Position numbers and translations under genes: made by a program
The notes under the pieces: generated by a model
What the model was told of the DNA's origin: nothing
The model's database searches: none
The model's input: only the letters and a program-made list of their open reading frames with translations
In this document: positions 11,975 through 25,302 of the stretch, piece after piece
Numbering within the stretch: position 1 is the stretch's first letter
Layout: every line of letters starts with the position of its first letter
Source of the DNA: Eledone cirrhosa
Taxonomy: Eukaryota
Direction: 5' to 3'
Length of the DNA: 64,000 bases
Assembly (NCBI GenBank): GCA_964016885.1
Contig: CAXHJY010001394.1
Location: 1-64,000 of the forward strand

Positions 11975-12780
11975 AATATTAATCTCTTAAACCCTTCAAG
12001 ATGTGTATGACAAGAAAGAAGACGTTTTAGAGTCGTATGACATAGATGATAACTGGAAATTCTTACGTGACAACTTACTGCAGGCTACTGAAGAAACTTG
12101 TGGCTGGAGCAGAGCTCCGACCAGACAGAGAGTGACCTGGTGGTGGGACAACACGGTAGATAAGGCCATTAGAGACAAAAGACTAGCATGGAACACTTGA
12201 AAAAATGGTGGGAGTAGAGACCGATACACAGCTGCTAAGAGAGAAGCTAGACGTCAGATGTACTTAGCACGCACGGAGGCTGAGAGTAGGAGGTTTGCCA
12301 ATGTTCTGTGATGGGAAGATCAGAGGCGTGCGGTGTTCCACATTGCAAGGCATGGTGTCAGTGTAAATCAGGATGTTGTTGGAGATAAGTGTATCCGGAA
12401 TGATGCCAGTGTACTTGGTGTCACGAATGATCAAAAAAAGGAGGCCTGGAAATATCATTATGAGAGGCTGATGAATTGTGGAGAATGAATGGGAGAGAGG
12501 GAAACTATCCCCAGTAGACCCAACAGAGGGACCAGCTATTGAGATTGGGGAATATAGGGTACAAGAGGCAATTAAGGAAATGAAGAATGGCAAGGCTACT
12601 GGACTCTAGGGGATAGTTGCTCAGATGCTGAAGGCATCAGAAGTAGGCACTAAACTGGTTACACACATCATCAATCAAGCTATATATGGTAGTGTCATAC
12701 CCAAAGAATGGTGCAGCAGTATTCTCATAAATTGGTACAAAGGTAAAGGGGATGCTCTGGAGAGGAGCAATTATATGGGC
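11975..12780 (+). pseudogene. Decayed RTE-clade LINE ORF fragment (EN-RT linker to RT start)
   Basis: WKFLRDNLLQATEETCGW...TWWWD...KEAWKYHYERLMN...AIKEMKNGKATG*...IPKEWCSS...YKGKGDALERSNYMG, with stops and frameshifts. Confidence 0.85.
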
Positions 12781-12967
12781 ACTTCAATATTTAATGATAC
12801 AGGTGATAAAACAACAACTATAAGGTAAATAAGTCACCTTATGTTATTTACAAACATTAACGTCCACCTTAATATGAAATAATCACCATAAAAGAGGAAG
12901 CGAGGGCATCGGCTACCGGCACCCGGGCTGCTCTCTCATCCTGAGTGGGATCTTCCAGCGTTGATGC

Positions 12968-13636
12968 ATCACCACGTTGATGTAAAACTTGGTTTTTCAC
13001 TTTGGGATAATACACGTATTTGCAACTTATTTATGTTTATTTACGTTGAGCGTAATCGATTTGTTTCCATATCTCCACGCGTTTTATTTCATAGTCATAG
13101 TTATAAAATTAGAAAACTTTCTTTAAAAAAAACAAATTAACGCGGGTAACTACAAGATAACCTTGTTTTGTAATACTGGCAGACATTGAAGATTCTTTAT
13201 GGATGGTTGATACTCAGCTGCCAGGAACACAGGATGTGGCAGAGGGTATAAGATTTGCCTGCTATTTCTAGCAACTTCAATGACCACATAATTGGTTTGT
13301 AATTTTGTTTTAAAGTGTAAGGGTTTACACAGCCATTTATGAATTTCTAAGAGATACGTTTACGATGAGATACACTTATTAAAAATACTTTCATTGCATA
13401 GTTCCGTTTGTAAAGGCTTTAATTTACTGTACTACTCGGGAACCTTTTAATAACACACAGGATTAAGTCCATGTTTGTTCAACCAATTAATGGTATCTGC
13501 TGTAGTAGGGGTAACGATGGAAATATGGCGATGATTAACTCCACCCTGGGGTATAATGTAGAATTCATATTTTTCAACTTGCCCATACGTGTATTATCCC
13601 AAAGTGAAAAACCAAGTTTTACATCAACGTGGTGAT
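12968..13636. mobile_element. Non-autonomous TIR element (perfect 52-bp inverted repeats, CACC...GGTG ends, possible 2-bp AT TSD; CMC/EnSpm-like)
   Basis: 12968-13019 ATCACCACGTTGATGTAAAACTTGGTTTTTCACTTTGGGATAATACACGTAT is the exact reverse complement of 13585-13636. Copies at 24382-25050, 35809-36477 and 50240-50908. Confidence 0.7.
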
Positions 13637-14862
13637 TTCAAAGTTTATTTATTTACACATGGTGGTGGTGGGGATACGGAAATAAACGAAGGTTGACGAA
13701 TGACGTCACATTCTTCTACTTTCACTTCTGACAGCCAATTCCGTTGTAGTGCCATATATAAACATGATGGTCACGGCTGGAACAACTTTAATTATAGGTC
13801 TGCTCAATCATACTAACATGGGATTTAAATTGAGCAAAGTTGGAGTTGTCTCCCTTGGTACTTTACTACGCTACGTTTGTTTATATATATCATCATCATC
13901 ATCTTCAACATTATCATTTAACGTTCATTGTTATCACACCTGCATGGGTTATACAGGTTGTCACGTTATGAGACATGTCAGGTGTGGAGACCAGGTCTCA
14001 TATGGATGTGTATTTTGGTTTGGTTTCTAAGGCTGGATGCCCTTCTTAACACGAAACACGTTACAATGTGGACTGCACACTTTTGTATGACCACCTTACA
14101 GGATGAACTGGGTGTTTCTAGTGTTGTAGCATCAACGAGGTGTGTGGGATATTTAGCAGGTGAGGGCAGGGCCTTATGAATAGGAAGGGATGATGAGAAG
14201 ATTGGTGAAGACTAGTGTGTTCTCTACATGTTTGTTTTATTTCATTTTCAGCACATGGGAGGGGGGGGGGTCTTCTACATTACAGCATGACGCCAGAGAT
14301 CTCGATCCTGTGACATTTCCATTGAGAGGTTTAATTGGGCAAGGCGAGCTTTTATTATTTCATCCCAAGCTTTCCTAGGTCTTCCCCTTTCATAGTTAAC
14401 ATCGACTTTGACAACCCTGCACCTTGTTATACAGCTGTCATCTTCCATATACATCACATGTCCAAACCACCACAATCTCCTCTCCTCTACACTGCATCTG
14501 ACCTCTCTTATACCTAGTTTCTCTCTCAGTTTATTAATGCTTGTTGTTCATGCACACTATTACACATCTATCAGATCCTGTAAACTTCATTTCTTTCCAG
14601 TCTTTATAGGTCCTCTGAATATATTGCCCTGGTCTCACTTCAATGTAACATTGCTGTTTGTACACAGACTTCATACAATCTGCCTTTCACTTTCAGGGGA
14701 AATCATTTTGTAGGCATCAGTAGTAGTAGCTCCCTAAACTGTTTCCATCCCATTCTCACTCAGGCTACTGTACCTTCAGAACACCCACCTCCACTGTTAA
14801 TTTGGTTAATTAAGTTAACAGAAATTATGAACCGGTTTCTACAGAGCCTTCTGGACATTTAA

Positions 14863-15083
14863 CCCTTTAGCATTTAAACCAGCCATACCTAGCCAGAATA
14901 CTCTCACATCTTTCTGTTCAAACCAGCCATAACTGGCCACTCATACTGACGTTAAGGTATTGTTCTCAATATAAATAATATCAAAATCTCATAGATTCGA
15001 TATTATATGAGATAATTATGTAAGATAAAGCCTTTACTACAAAAATACAATAGTATATATAGAGTAATAAAAATGCTAAAGGG
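14863..15083. mobile_element. piggyBac-type MITE nested in RTE
   Basis: TTAA|CCCTTTAGCATTT ... AAATGCTAAAGGG|TAAA, i.e. 13-bp TIRs and a TTAA-like target. Copies at 26276-26496, 37706-37926 and 52137-52357. Confidence 0.75.
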
Positions 15084-16196
15084 TAAAAGTAGCTTATTAT
15101 TTTGTGAGCTCTTGCTACTTATTGCTCTTGTGCATCAAGAACATACACAGCTTACATTTTGTTGCTAATCTCACTGAGATCCAACTACATCTCTTGTTTA
15201 TCCATAGTTTGGAATTTCTACCTACTCCTTTCCTTTAGAATGATCAAGGCCATTTTCTTGTGGGGATCTAGGCCCTGTTTTCCTTTCTATTTTGCCAAGT
15301 TATCTTACATCACTTTCATTCTAGACCATGCTTCCAGGTTTGGAATTTCTCCTCTAATTTTACCACAGATTAAGTGACAAGGGTTCAATCATGTGCATAC
15401 AGGAGTTCCCATGGACAGCCAGTAATATGTAATAGCCTGCAGGATGATAATAAACAGAAGAGGGTTAATTACAGAGCCCTGATAGAGGGTTAATAACAGA
15501 GCCCTGATAGACTTGTTCACTCAACTCCTCACTATAGCCATCATTACTTTTAACCTTACTGACTGCTCCTCCATACATGGCTTTTACTGCTCTCACAAGC
15601 CACTCATATACCCCTAGTTTTCTAAGTTATACACCAGATTATGGAAGGGGGAAGTCTCACAGAAGCTCTCTCTGGGTCAACAAATGCCAAGTAGAGGGGC
15701 TTATTTTAGCTAGGTACTACTCTTGCAGTTGCCACACAAGGAAGAGGACATCAGTGGTACTTTTACCTGGCACAAATCCAAACTTCATCTCATCTAGGTT
15801 AACTTGGTCCCTAATCAGCTGTGTTATAAATCTAACACCTTCATGAAGTGGTCCATCTAATATTTCTATAGTTTTCTAGCTCTAGTACATCTCCTTTGCC
15901 CTTGTAGCAGTTGATGATGATGATACTACACCATTTATTTGGTATGACACCATTTTGTATTACATGCTGTACGATACCAGTGGTTAAGATGTGACCCACC
16001 ACCCCAGATACTTTCAGTATCTCAGCAACTATCACCAATGGACAAGATACTTTCTCTGTCTTCATATCCTTAATTACCTTACTACACTACTGCTTACTTG
16101 TATGGCTGGACCCTCTGTTGGGCCCACTTTCCGTAGACTATCTTCCTCCCATGCATTCTCCTCATTCAGTAATCTTTCATAAAGGCATTTCCATGT

Positions 16197-16396
16197 TACA
16201 AAGGTTGGCTGAAAAGTTCATAGACTATCAATGATAGCATGATGCTAGAGCTGTGAAATCTTGCCTGCATTAATTTCAACTCTTCTTATTAATAACTGCA
16301 TTGTTTCCTTCCAGGGACTATGTTGAAAAATAAACCTCATTTGGTCATTCCATGAGTGTATCTTGGTCTGCCTATGAACTTTTCAGCTGACCCTAT
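16197..16396. mobile_element. Tc1/mariner-type MITE nested in RTE
   Basis: TA|CAAAGGTTGGCTGAAAAGTTCATAG ... CTATGAACTTTTCAGCTGACCCT, imperfect TIRs that interrupt the LINE frame. Copies at 27610-27809, 39040-39239 and 53471-53670. Confidence 0.7.
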
Positions 16397-17106
16397 TCAG
16401 CATCAGTGAGCCCAAATGCCCCATTATCATCCTGGACACACTTTACCCCAACATCACAATTTGCCCTCACACACTGCCTCACAATCCTGAACATCTCATG
16501 TATTTCATCCTCACATCATAAAACCAACTGAAATTATATATTCTCTGCTTCCCTCCTTGCAAAGAATACTTCTTGCCTAGCTTCCTGTAGTGTACCCTCC
16601 AGCTGCCTCCATTCTGCCATTATTCCATGCCTGTCTCTTGGCCTTAACTGTCTCATCTACCCTAGTGTTTCACCACCAAGATACTCTCCTCTCTGAAGCC
16701 CTGCTCCAGCCACAGATCTAGTTTGACACCTTCAGCAAAGGTTCTTTAAGGAACTCCCACTGTTCCCCTATATTGTATGTTTCTATTTGTTCTTCCTTAC
16801 TGTTGTAAAGATCAAACAAAATATCTCTAAATTTGGAACTGGCTGAGGGGTCCTTTAACTTCCATATCCTTCTCCTCCAAGTTGCCCTCAGTCTTCAAGT
16901 TCATCTAAGTCTATGAAATCACTAACTACTGGGTTATGTTGGGAGGTGCATTCTTCCCCAGGGGGTGGGGATTGTGTGTTTACAAATGTCAATATCTCAT
17001 CTTCTGGTGAGGATAAAAATCTGACTGGCATGCTCCTCTGACCAATAGGTGTTGAAGTGGTTGTCGGGTAAACGTTAAGACCCTCTGATATACATATATA
17101 TATATA

Positions 17107-17140
17107 TACTAGCAGTGGTACCCGGCGTTGCACGGGATAA
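17107..17140 (+). mobile_element. Helentron/HINE-like terminus (ACTAG + short GC hairpin) next to (TA)n
   Basis: TACTAGCAGTGGTACCCGGCGTTGCACGGGATA with a CCCG/CGGG stem. The other end was not determined. Copies at ~28520, 39950 and 54381. Confidence 0.45.
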
Positions 17141-17459
17141 CGTATTTCGGAACGCGGGCCGCCATCTTCCACTTCAGCCGGTCGCCCTAAAGTGTTGGCT
17201 ATTCAGTCTACTTGAGGCCAGTTGGTGAGGGGGGGGTACAGCTTTCAGTGTGCTACTACCCTCACGGTCAAATAGAAAGGGAGAGGAAGAAAAGTCAGCG
17301 TTAATATCGTGCTACACGTTTGAAAGGTTGGATGACCTTAGAGTTCACCAGGGTGGGGGGTTCTAAAAGTATCTATCTTGGTATTTTATCTTAGAAGTAA
17401 TCATTACAGAGTGTACTGGGTGTATTTTAGTGGGCAGTAATTCCATAAAGAACACAGTA

Positions 17460-18222
17460 TAATCTGTGGACACAAGCCTTGCAGTGTGATTACAGGCAGG
17501 TTAATGGGAAAGATAGATTATATATGTGACATGATGTACATGAGAAGTGAGGACACAGACCACACATGAAATAGATTCCTACAACTGTCAGGGAGGCTCC
17601 CTAGAATTACAGATGACATATTTCAATATCTCGGTGATCAAGTTAGCAGTGGAGGAAGAATCTCTAAAAGTGTAATACCCAGGATAAGGACAGGCTGGAA
17701 GAAGTTTAGAGTACTGTTCCATCTGTTGACAACAAAGGGCTTCTCTCTCAGAATGGAGGCTAGACTGCTTGATACTTATGTGTGGTCTGCAATCTACACC
17801 CCAGCCATGCCCCTTCCACTACCACTCCTTAGCTATTTCTCTCCATTAATACTCCTCACATTTCAAGCAGTTTTCTCATCTCAATGAAAGAAAAATATTG
17901 GGCTCAAGAGAAGTCTTCAGTTATGCCATGGTGTGGCAACCTCCCTAGGGTTGGGCAGAGTGTAAATGAGAGTGAAATTAGGTATGAGAGGGATCATATG
18001 CAGTATACAAGAGAGTAGATTACATTGGTATGGTCATGTGATGGGTATAAAGGATGACAGCTGTATAAAAATGTGCTGGGCAATCAAAGTTGATGGAAGT
18101 TATGAAGGCGGAAGACCCAGGATGACCTGGGATGAGGTGATAAAAGATGACTTTGCACAATTGCAACTCTCAAAGACAATGACACAGGATAGAGATCTTG
18201 AGATGTATGCAGCAATACAGAA
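17460..18222 (+). pseudogene. Decayed RTE LINE C-terminal fragment, cut by the GC-rich satellite
   Basis: FQYLGDQVSSGG...RIRTGWKKFR...SRLHWYGHV...GGRPRMTWDEVIKDD...QDRD. Copies at 28873-29635, 40303-41065 and 54733-55495. Confidence 0.8.
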
Positions 18223-21200
18223 GGCCCTGTGCGTCGATCGTGGGCCGGCCGGATGTTGACGGATCGATGTGTAATTAGAAGTACATGTGCGGACACTCAT
18301 TGGCTGTGCGTGGTATGCATTTCAGCAAGATATCTCCGTAACATCAAGAGTTATGGCTGTGGAGGCACACCTAGTCAAACGTAAACAAGCTCTGGAGCGT
18401 ATACGCTTCGCGATTTTGTTTACGTTTGACTAGGTGTGCCTCCACAGCCACAACTCTTGATGTTACGGAGATATCTTGCTGAAATGCATACCACGCACAG
18501 CCAATGAGTGTCCGCACATGTACTTCTAATTACACATCGATCCGTCAACATCCGGCCGGCCCACGATCGACGCACAGGGCCGGATGGCCCGTTTTCAGTG
18601 AATTTTCACCGGAATCGATCTGTAATTACTGGTACATGTGCGGACACACATTTGCTGTGTGTGGTGTGATTTTCACGAAAAACTGCCCATGCTAAATGAG
18701 GAAGCTGAAGTCCGCCGGCGAATGGTGTGCTTCGAAGAAAACTAATTCGAAAATGACCGTTTGCAGGCGGAGTAACCTTTTCGATCGTGGGCCAGCCGCC
18801 CGTGGTGGGATACATCTGTAATTACTGGTACATGTGCGGACACACATTTGCTGTGTCTGGTGTGATTTTCGAGAAAGACTGCCCATGCTAAATGAGGAAG
18901 CTGAAGTCCGCCGGCGAATGGTGTGCTTCGAAGAAAACTAATTCGAAAATGACTATTTGCCGGCGGAATCACCTTTTCGGTCCTGGTCCGGCCGGATCTT
19001 GCCGGATCGATCGGAAATTTGTGGACCATGTTCGGAAGGCCATTGTGCATGTGTGGTGAAAAAAATTTGTGTCGAAATCTTCTCGGAAAATAACGGATCG
19101 CCGGCGGAGATTGCCATTTCGATCGTGGGCCGGCCGGATCTTGTCGGATCGATTCGGACATATGTGCATCGTGTTCGCAAGGCCCTTGTCTATGTGTGGT
19201 GTGATTTTCATAAAGAAATTCCGAAAAACCCAGTTTTAAATCTGATTTCGCCAAAGAATTTTGGCTATCAGATCGGGTTGAAAGGTATGGTTTCAGGTCG
19301 ATCTGAAAGTCTAAAATGGAATTCACTCGGTTAGCTAACTTTTGATATATCGGAGATATCTTTCTGAAAATCACACCACACACTCCCAATGAGTGTCTGC
19401 ACATGTACCAGTAATTACAGATGGATCCCACCACGGGCGGCCGGCCCACGATCGAAAAGGTTACTCCGAAGCACACCATTCGCCGGCGGAATTCATTTAG
19501 CATGGGCAGTTTTTCTCGAAAATCACACCACACACAGCCAATGAGTGTCCGCACATGTACCAGTAATTACAGATGGATCCCACCATGGGCGGCTGGCCCA
19601 CGATCGAAAAGGTTACTCCGCCTGCAAACGGTCATTTTCGAATTAGTTTTCTTCGAAGCACACCATTCGCCGGCGGACTTCAGCTTCCTCATTTAGCATG
19701 GGCAGTTTTTCTCGAAAATCACACCACACACAGCAAATGTGTGTCCGCACATGTACCAGTAATTACAGATCGATTCCGGTGAAAATTCACTGAAAACGGG
19801 CCATTCTGCCCTGTGCGTCGATCGTGGGCCGGCCGGATGTTGACGGATCGATGTGTAATTAGAAGTACATGTGCGGACACTCATTGGCTGTGCGTGGTAT
19901 GCATTTCAGCAAGATATCTCCGTAACATCAAGAGTTATGGCTGTGGAGGCACACCTAGTCAAACGTAAACAAGCTCTGGAGCGTATACGCTTCGCGATTT
20001 TGTTTACGTTTGACTAGGTGTGCCTCCACAGCCACAACTCTTGATGTTACGGAGATATCTTGCTGAAATGCATACCACGCACAGCCAATGAGTGTCCGCA
20101 CATGTACTTCTAATTACACATCGATCCGTCAACATCCGGCCGGCCCACGATCGACGCACAGGGCCGGATGGCCCGTTTTCAGTGAATTTTCACCGGAATC
20201 GATCTGTAATTACTGGTACATGTGCGGACACACATTTGCTGTGTGTGGTGTGATTTTCACGAAAAACTGCCCATGCTAAATGAGGAAGCTGAAGTCCGCC
20301 GGCGAATGGTGTGCTTCGAAGAAAACTAATTCGAAAATGACCGTTTGCAGGCGGAGTAACCTTTTCGATCGTGGGCCAGCCGCCCGTGGTGGGATACATC
20401 TGTAATTACTGGTACATGTGCGGACACACATTTGCTGTGTGTGGTGTGATTTTCGAGAAAGACTGCCCATGCTAAATGAGGAAGCTGAAGTCCGCCGGCG
20501 AATGGTGTGCTTCGAAGAAAACTAATTCGAAAATGACTATTTGCCGGCGGAATCACCTTTTCGGTCCTGGTCCGGCCGGATCTTGCCGGATCGATCGGAA
20601 ATTTGTGGACCATGTTCGGAAGGCCATTGTGCATGTGTGGTGAAAAAAATTTGTGTCGAAATCTTCTCGGAAAATAACGGATCGCCGGCGGAGATTGCCA
20701 TTTCGATCGTGGGCCGGCCGGATCTTGTCGGATCGATTCGGACATATGTGCATCGTGTTCGCAAGGCCCTTGTCTATGTGTGGTGTGATTTTCATAAAGA
20801 AATTCCGAAAAACCCAGTTTTAAATCTGATTTCGCCAAAGAATTTTGGCTATCAGATCGGGTTGAAAGGTATGGTTTCAGGTCGATCTGAAAGTCTAAAA
20901 TGGAATTCACTCGGTTAGCTAACTATTGATATATCGGAGATATCTTTCTGAAAATCACACCACACACTCCCAATGAGTGTCTGCACATGTCCCAGTAATT
21001 ACAGATGGATCCCACCACGGGCGGCCGGCCCACGATCGAAAAGGTTACTCCGAAGCACACCATTCGCCGGCGGAATTCATTTAGCATGGGCAGTTTTTCT
21101 CGAAAATCACACCACACACAGCCAATCAGTGTCCGCACATGTACCAGTAATTACAGATGGATCCCACTACGGGCGGCTGGCTCACGATCGAAAAGGTTAC

Positions 21201-21326
21201 TCCGCCTGCAAACGGTCATTTTCGAATTCGTTTTCTTCGAAGCACACCATTCGCCGGCGGACTTCAGCTGCCTCATTTAGCATGGGCAGCTTTTCTCGAA
21301 AATCACACCACACACAGCCAATGAGT
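18223..21326. repeat. GC/CpG-rich 1,584-bp palindromic satellite, ~2 monomers
   Basis: Period of 1584 (18504 vs 20088). Inverted arms around GCTCTGGAGCGTATACGCTTCGCGATT. Internal 196- and 152-bp subrepeats. Confidence 0.95.
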
Positions 21327-21401
21327 TTAAAATACTCACCGTTTGATTTGGAAAAACTTAAAATGCTCACATATATATGTGTATGTATTTATCTATGCAT
21401 G

Positions 21402-21447
<46 letters not shown>

Positions 21448-21880
21448 TGTATTTATCTATGTATTTATCTATATGCATGGATATATATATATATATATAT
21501 ATTTATCTATGTATTTATCTATATGCATGGATATATATATATATGTGTGTATGTATTTATCTATGCATGTATGAATATATAAAATATATATATATATATA
21601 TGTGTGTATGTATTTATCTATGCATGTATGAATATATAAAATATATATATATATATATATGTATGTATTTATCTATGCATGTATATATATATAAATATAT
21701 ACATAAATATATATATATATATATGTATTTATCTATGCATGTGTGCATACATATATATATATATATATATGTATTTATCTATACATGTATGTATATATAT
21801 ATATATACATATATAAGTATTTATCTATACATGTATGTATATATATATATACATATATATGTATTTATCTATACATGTAT

Positions 21881-21913
<33 letters not shown>

Positions 21914-23388
21914 AGTATTTATCTATACATGTATGTATATATAAAATATTGTCATGTTTACAAAAATATTTTTCTAATATCGTGTTTAATATTTTATATT
22001 GTCGTCTGCTTCTCTTCTCACGTGGTTACTAACTCTCTCACCCTCTCTCTCTTTCCCCTCTCATACAACCCCTTCTTTCTCTTTCTTTCCCCTCTCACAC
22101 AACCTCTTCTTTCTCTCTCTTTTTGCCAGTCCCTTCTCTCACTCTCTCTCCCTCTTCCTTTTTTATCTCTTTCTTTCTGTCTCTGTTTCCCTCCTATAGA
22201 CATTCTCTCTCTCTCTTTCTGCTCTCACTCAGCCTTCTCTCTCTTTCCCCTCTCACACAGTCTTCTCTCTCTCTCTTTCCCCTCTCACACAGCATTCTCT
22301 CTCTCTCTCTCTCTCTTTCCCCTCTCACACAGCATTCTCTCTCTCTCTCTCTCTTTATTTCCCCTCTCACACAGCCTTCTCTCTCTATCTATCTATCTCT
22401 CTCTCTGGAGATTTTTTAACACAAAGTCACACAAGGATTAGAAAAATGGCGATAATCACTTTGAAAGTAACAATTATGCAATAAATAGTTGTTATTGCCA
22501 CGTCTCGTATCCTCCTTTGGCAATGTGTAAAATGTTAGCGAGATCGAGTGAACAATACACAAGTTATAATACTTTACAGACGGGACTTATACAGTAGATG
22601 TAGCAAAATGCGTAGATTACGATTCTTGAGACGAGATTAAAATATACGATTATGGGATACTTTAAGAAGACGAGTAGATGTTTGAGTAGATTTAGCTGCT
22701 TTTTCTAGCATTTTTAGTTATACTTTGAAGCAAATTTTTTTTGTTACTATTATATTAAAAGTTATCTGGTTACGTTATTTGACTGGTATTTCTAGCATTT
22801 TACAAGGACCACGTGTGTGTTTTATTTGAGGAAGATCTAGTTGTTATTTCTGATATTTTCTTCATCAAGTTAGTTGCTATTTCCTGCATCCTCTTGAAGA
22901 CAAGAAATAATAATGAATTAGCTGCTGTTTCTAGTAGGTTCTATGGTAGTGATGAGCGTGGGAGGGAGGTTTGACTGCTATTTTTAGCAGGTTCTAAGGC
23001 ATTGAGGTTTATGTTTTACGAGAGATTTGGCTGTTATTTCTAACATGTTATAATGGAGAGAGAGAGAGAGAGAGTATAAGATATACAGAGAGAGGGAGTA
23101 TAAGATATAGAGAGAGGGGAAACGGCCGATGTTTACGTTGAGAAAACCTAATAAAATGTTATAAATGGGTTTATAAAGAATAGAATGAGATAAACAAGAC
23201 AAAGTTAGATAAAATAAATCAGCTGTAAGGATATTATACGATATATTTATAATATTTTAATATATTTTTCCTGGTCGTCTGCTGCCATTGATAGAGAGAG
23301 GAGTGGTGGGAGGTAGCCATAACAACCGTGGTAGCAGCACTGAGGTTTGTTTTTAAAGAAGTGAATACAAGAAAAACAAGCAACTAAG

Positions 23389-24194
23389 AATATTAATCTC
23401 TTAAACCCTTCAAGATGTGTATGACAAGAAAGAAGACGTTTTAGAGTCGTATGACATAGATGATAACTGGAAATTCTTACGTGACAACTTACTGCAGGCT
23501 ACTGAAGAAACTTGTGGCTGGAGCAGAGCTCCGACCAGACAGAGAGTGACCTGGTGGTGGGACAACACGGTAGATAAGGCCATTAGAGACAAAAGACTAG
23601 CATGGAACACTTGAAAAAATGGTGGGAGTAGAGACCGATACACAGCTGCTAAGAGAGAAGCTAGACGTCAGATGTACTTAGCACGCACGGAGGCTGAGAG
23701 TAGGAGGTTTGCCAATGTTCTGTGATGGGAAGATCAGAGGCGTGCGGTGTTCCACATTGCAAGGCATGGTGTCAGTGTAAATCAGGATGTTGTTGGAGAT
23801 AAGTGTATCCGGAATGATGCCAGTGTACTTGGTGTCACGAATGATCAAAAAAAGGAGGCCTGGAAATATCATTATGAGAGGCTGATGAATTGTGGAGAAT
23901 GAATGGGAGAGAGGGAAACTATCCCCAGTAGACCCAACAGAGGGACCAGCTATTGAGATTGGGGAATATAGGGTACAAGAGGCAATTAAGGAAATGAAGA
24001 ATGGCAAGGCTACTGGACTCTAGGGGATAGTTGCTCAGATGCTGAAGGCATCAGAAGTAGGCACTAAACTGGTTACACACATCATCAATCAAGCTATATA
24101 TGGTAGTGTCATACCCAAAGAATGGTGCAGCAGTATTCTCATAAATTGGTACAAAGGTAAAGGGGATGCTCTGGAGAGGAGCAATTATATGGGC
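23389..24194 (+). pseudogene. Decayed RTE LINE fragment (unit 2 copy)
   Basis: Copy of 11975-12780. Confidence 0.85.
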
Positions 24195-25302
24195 ACTTCA
24201 ATATTTAATGATACAGGTGATAAAACAACAACTATAAGGTAAATAAGTCACCTTATGTTATTTACAAACATTAACGTCCACCTTAATATGAAATAATCAC
24301 CATAAAAGAGGAAGCGAGGGCATCGGCTACCGGCACCCGGGCTGCTCTCTCATCCTGAGTGGGATCTTCCAGCGTTGATGCATCACCACGTTGATGTAAA
24401 ACTTGGTTTTTCACTTTGGGATAATACACGTATTTGCAACTTATTTATGTTTATTTACGTTGAGCGTAATCGATTTGTTTCCATATCTCCACGCGTTTTA
24501 TTTCATAGTCATAGTTATAAAATTAGAAAACTTTCTTTAAAAAAAACAAATTAACGCGGGTAACTACAAGATAACCTTGTTTTGTAATACTGGCAGACAT
24601 TGAAGATTCTTTATGGATGGTTGATACTCAGCTGCCAGGAACACAGGATGTGGCAGAGGGTATAAGATTTGCCTGCTATTTCTAGCAACTTCAATGACCA
24701 CATAATTGGTTTGTAATTTTGTTTTAAAGTGTAAGGGTTTACACAGCCATTTATGAATTTCTAAGAGATACGTTTACGATGAGATACACTTATTAAAAAT
24801 ACTTTCATTGCATAGTTCCGTTTGTAAAGGCTTTAATTTACTGTACTACTCGGGAACCTTTTAATAACACACAGGATTAAGTCCATGTTTGTTCAACCAA
24901 TTAATGGTATCTGCTGTAGTAGGGGTAACGATGGAAATATGGCGATGATTAACTCCACCCTGGGGTATAATGTAGAATTCATATTTTTCAACTTGCCCAT
25001 ACGTGTATTATCCCAAAGTGAAAAACCAAGTTTTACATCAACGTGGTGATTTCAAAGTTTATTTATTTACACATGGTGGTGGTGGGGATACGGAAATAAA
25101 CGAAGGTTGACGAATGACGTCACATTCTTCTACTTTCACTTCTGACAGCCAATTCCGTTGTAGTGCCATATATAAACATGATGGTCACGGCTGGAACAAC
25201 TTTAATTATAGGTCTGCTCAATCATACTAACATGGGATTTAAATTGAGCAAAGTTGGAGTTGTCTCCCTTGGTACTTTACTACGCTACGTTTGTTTATAT
25301 AT

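Larger units (their letters stand above)
13889..16965 (-). mobile_element. Decayed RTE-clade LINE (end of APE domain, RT, C-terminus, 3' UTR, (GAT)n tail) with two nested MITEs
   Basis: Minus strand: PGEECTSQH..VVSDF, IWKLKDP, IPNKWCS..INCYKGKGDVLE..NYR, WWFGHV...RGRPRKAWDE...QDRDLWR. The tail appears as (ATC)n at ~13889-13903. Confidence 0.85.
9711..21324 (+). repeat. Macrosatellite unit 1 (11,614 bp)
   Basis: The start motif GTTTAAAATACTCACCGTTTGATTTGG recurs at 21325, 32738, 47184 and 61766, and ORF-track entries repeat at constant offsets. Confidence 0.95.

Noticed and set aside
15459-15510. 25-bp direct repeat AGAGGGTTAAT(T/A)ACAGAGCCCTGAT
   Set aside because: A local tandem duplication within the dead RTE RT region; no sign of function.
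16888-17172. 94-aa minus-strand ORF
   Set aside because: A chance fusion across a Helentron-like end, a (TA)n tract and the RTE endonuclease remnant.
18742-19554. 270-aa, 194-aa and 125-aa ORFs recurring in the GC-rich satellite
   Set aside because: No recognisable domain, overlapping ORFs in several frames on both strands, and broken in terminal monomers. Recurrence only reflects DNA repetition.
18223-19806. rRNA/tRNA gene or hammerhead ribozyme in the GC-rich tandem unit (rDNA-like array size)
   Set aside because: No rRNA or tRNA signature was recognised, and no CTGANGA...GAAA core with pairing stems was found by eye on either strand.
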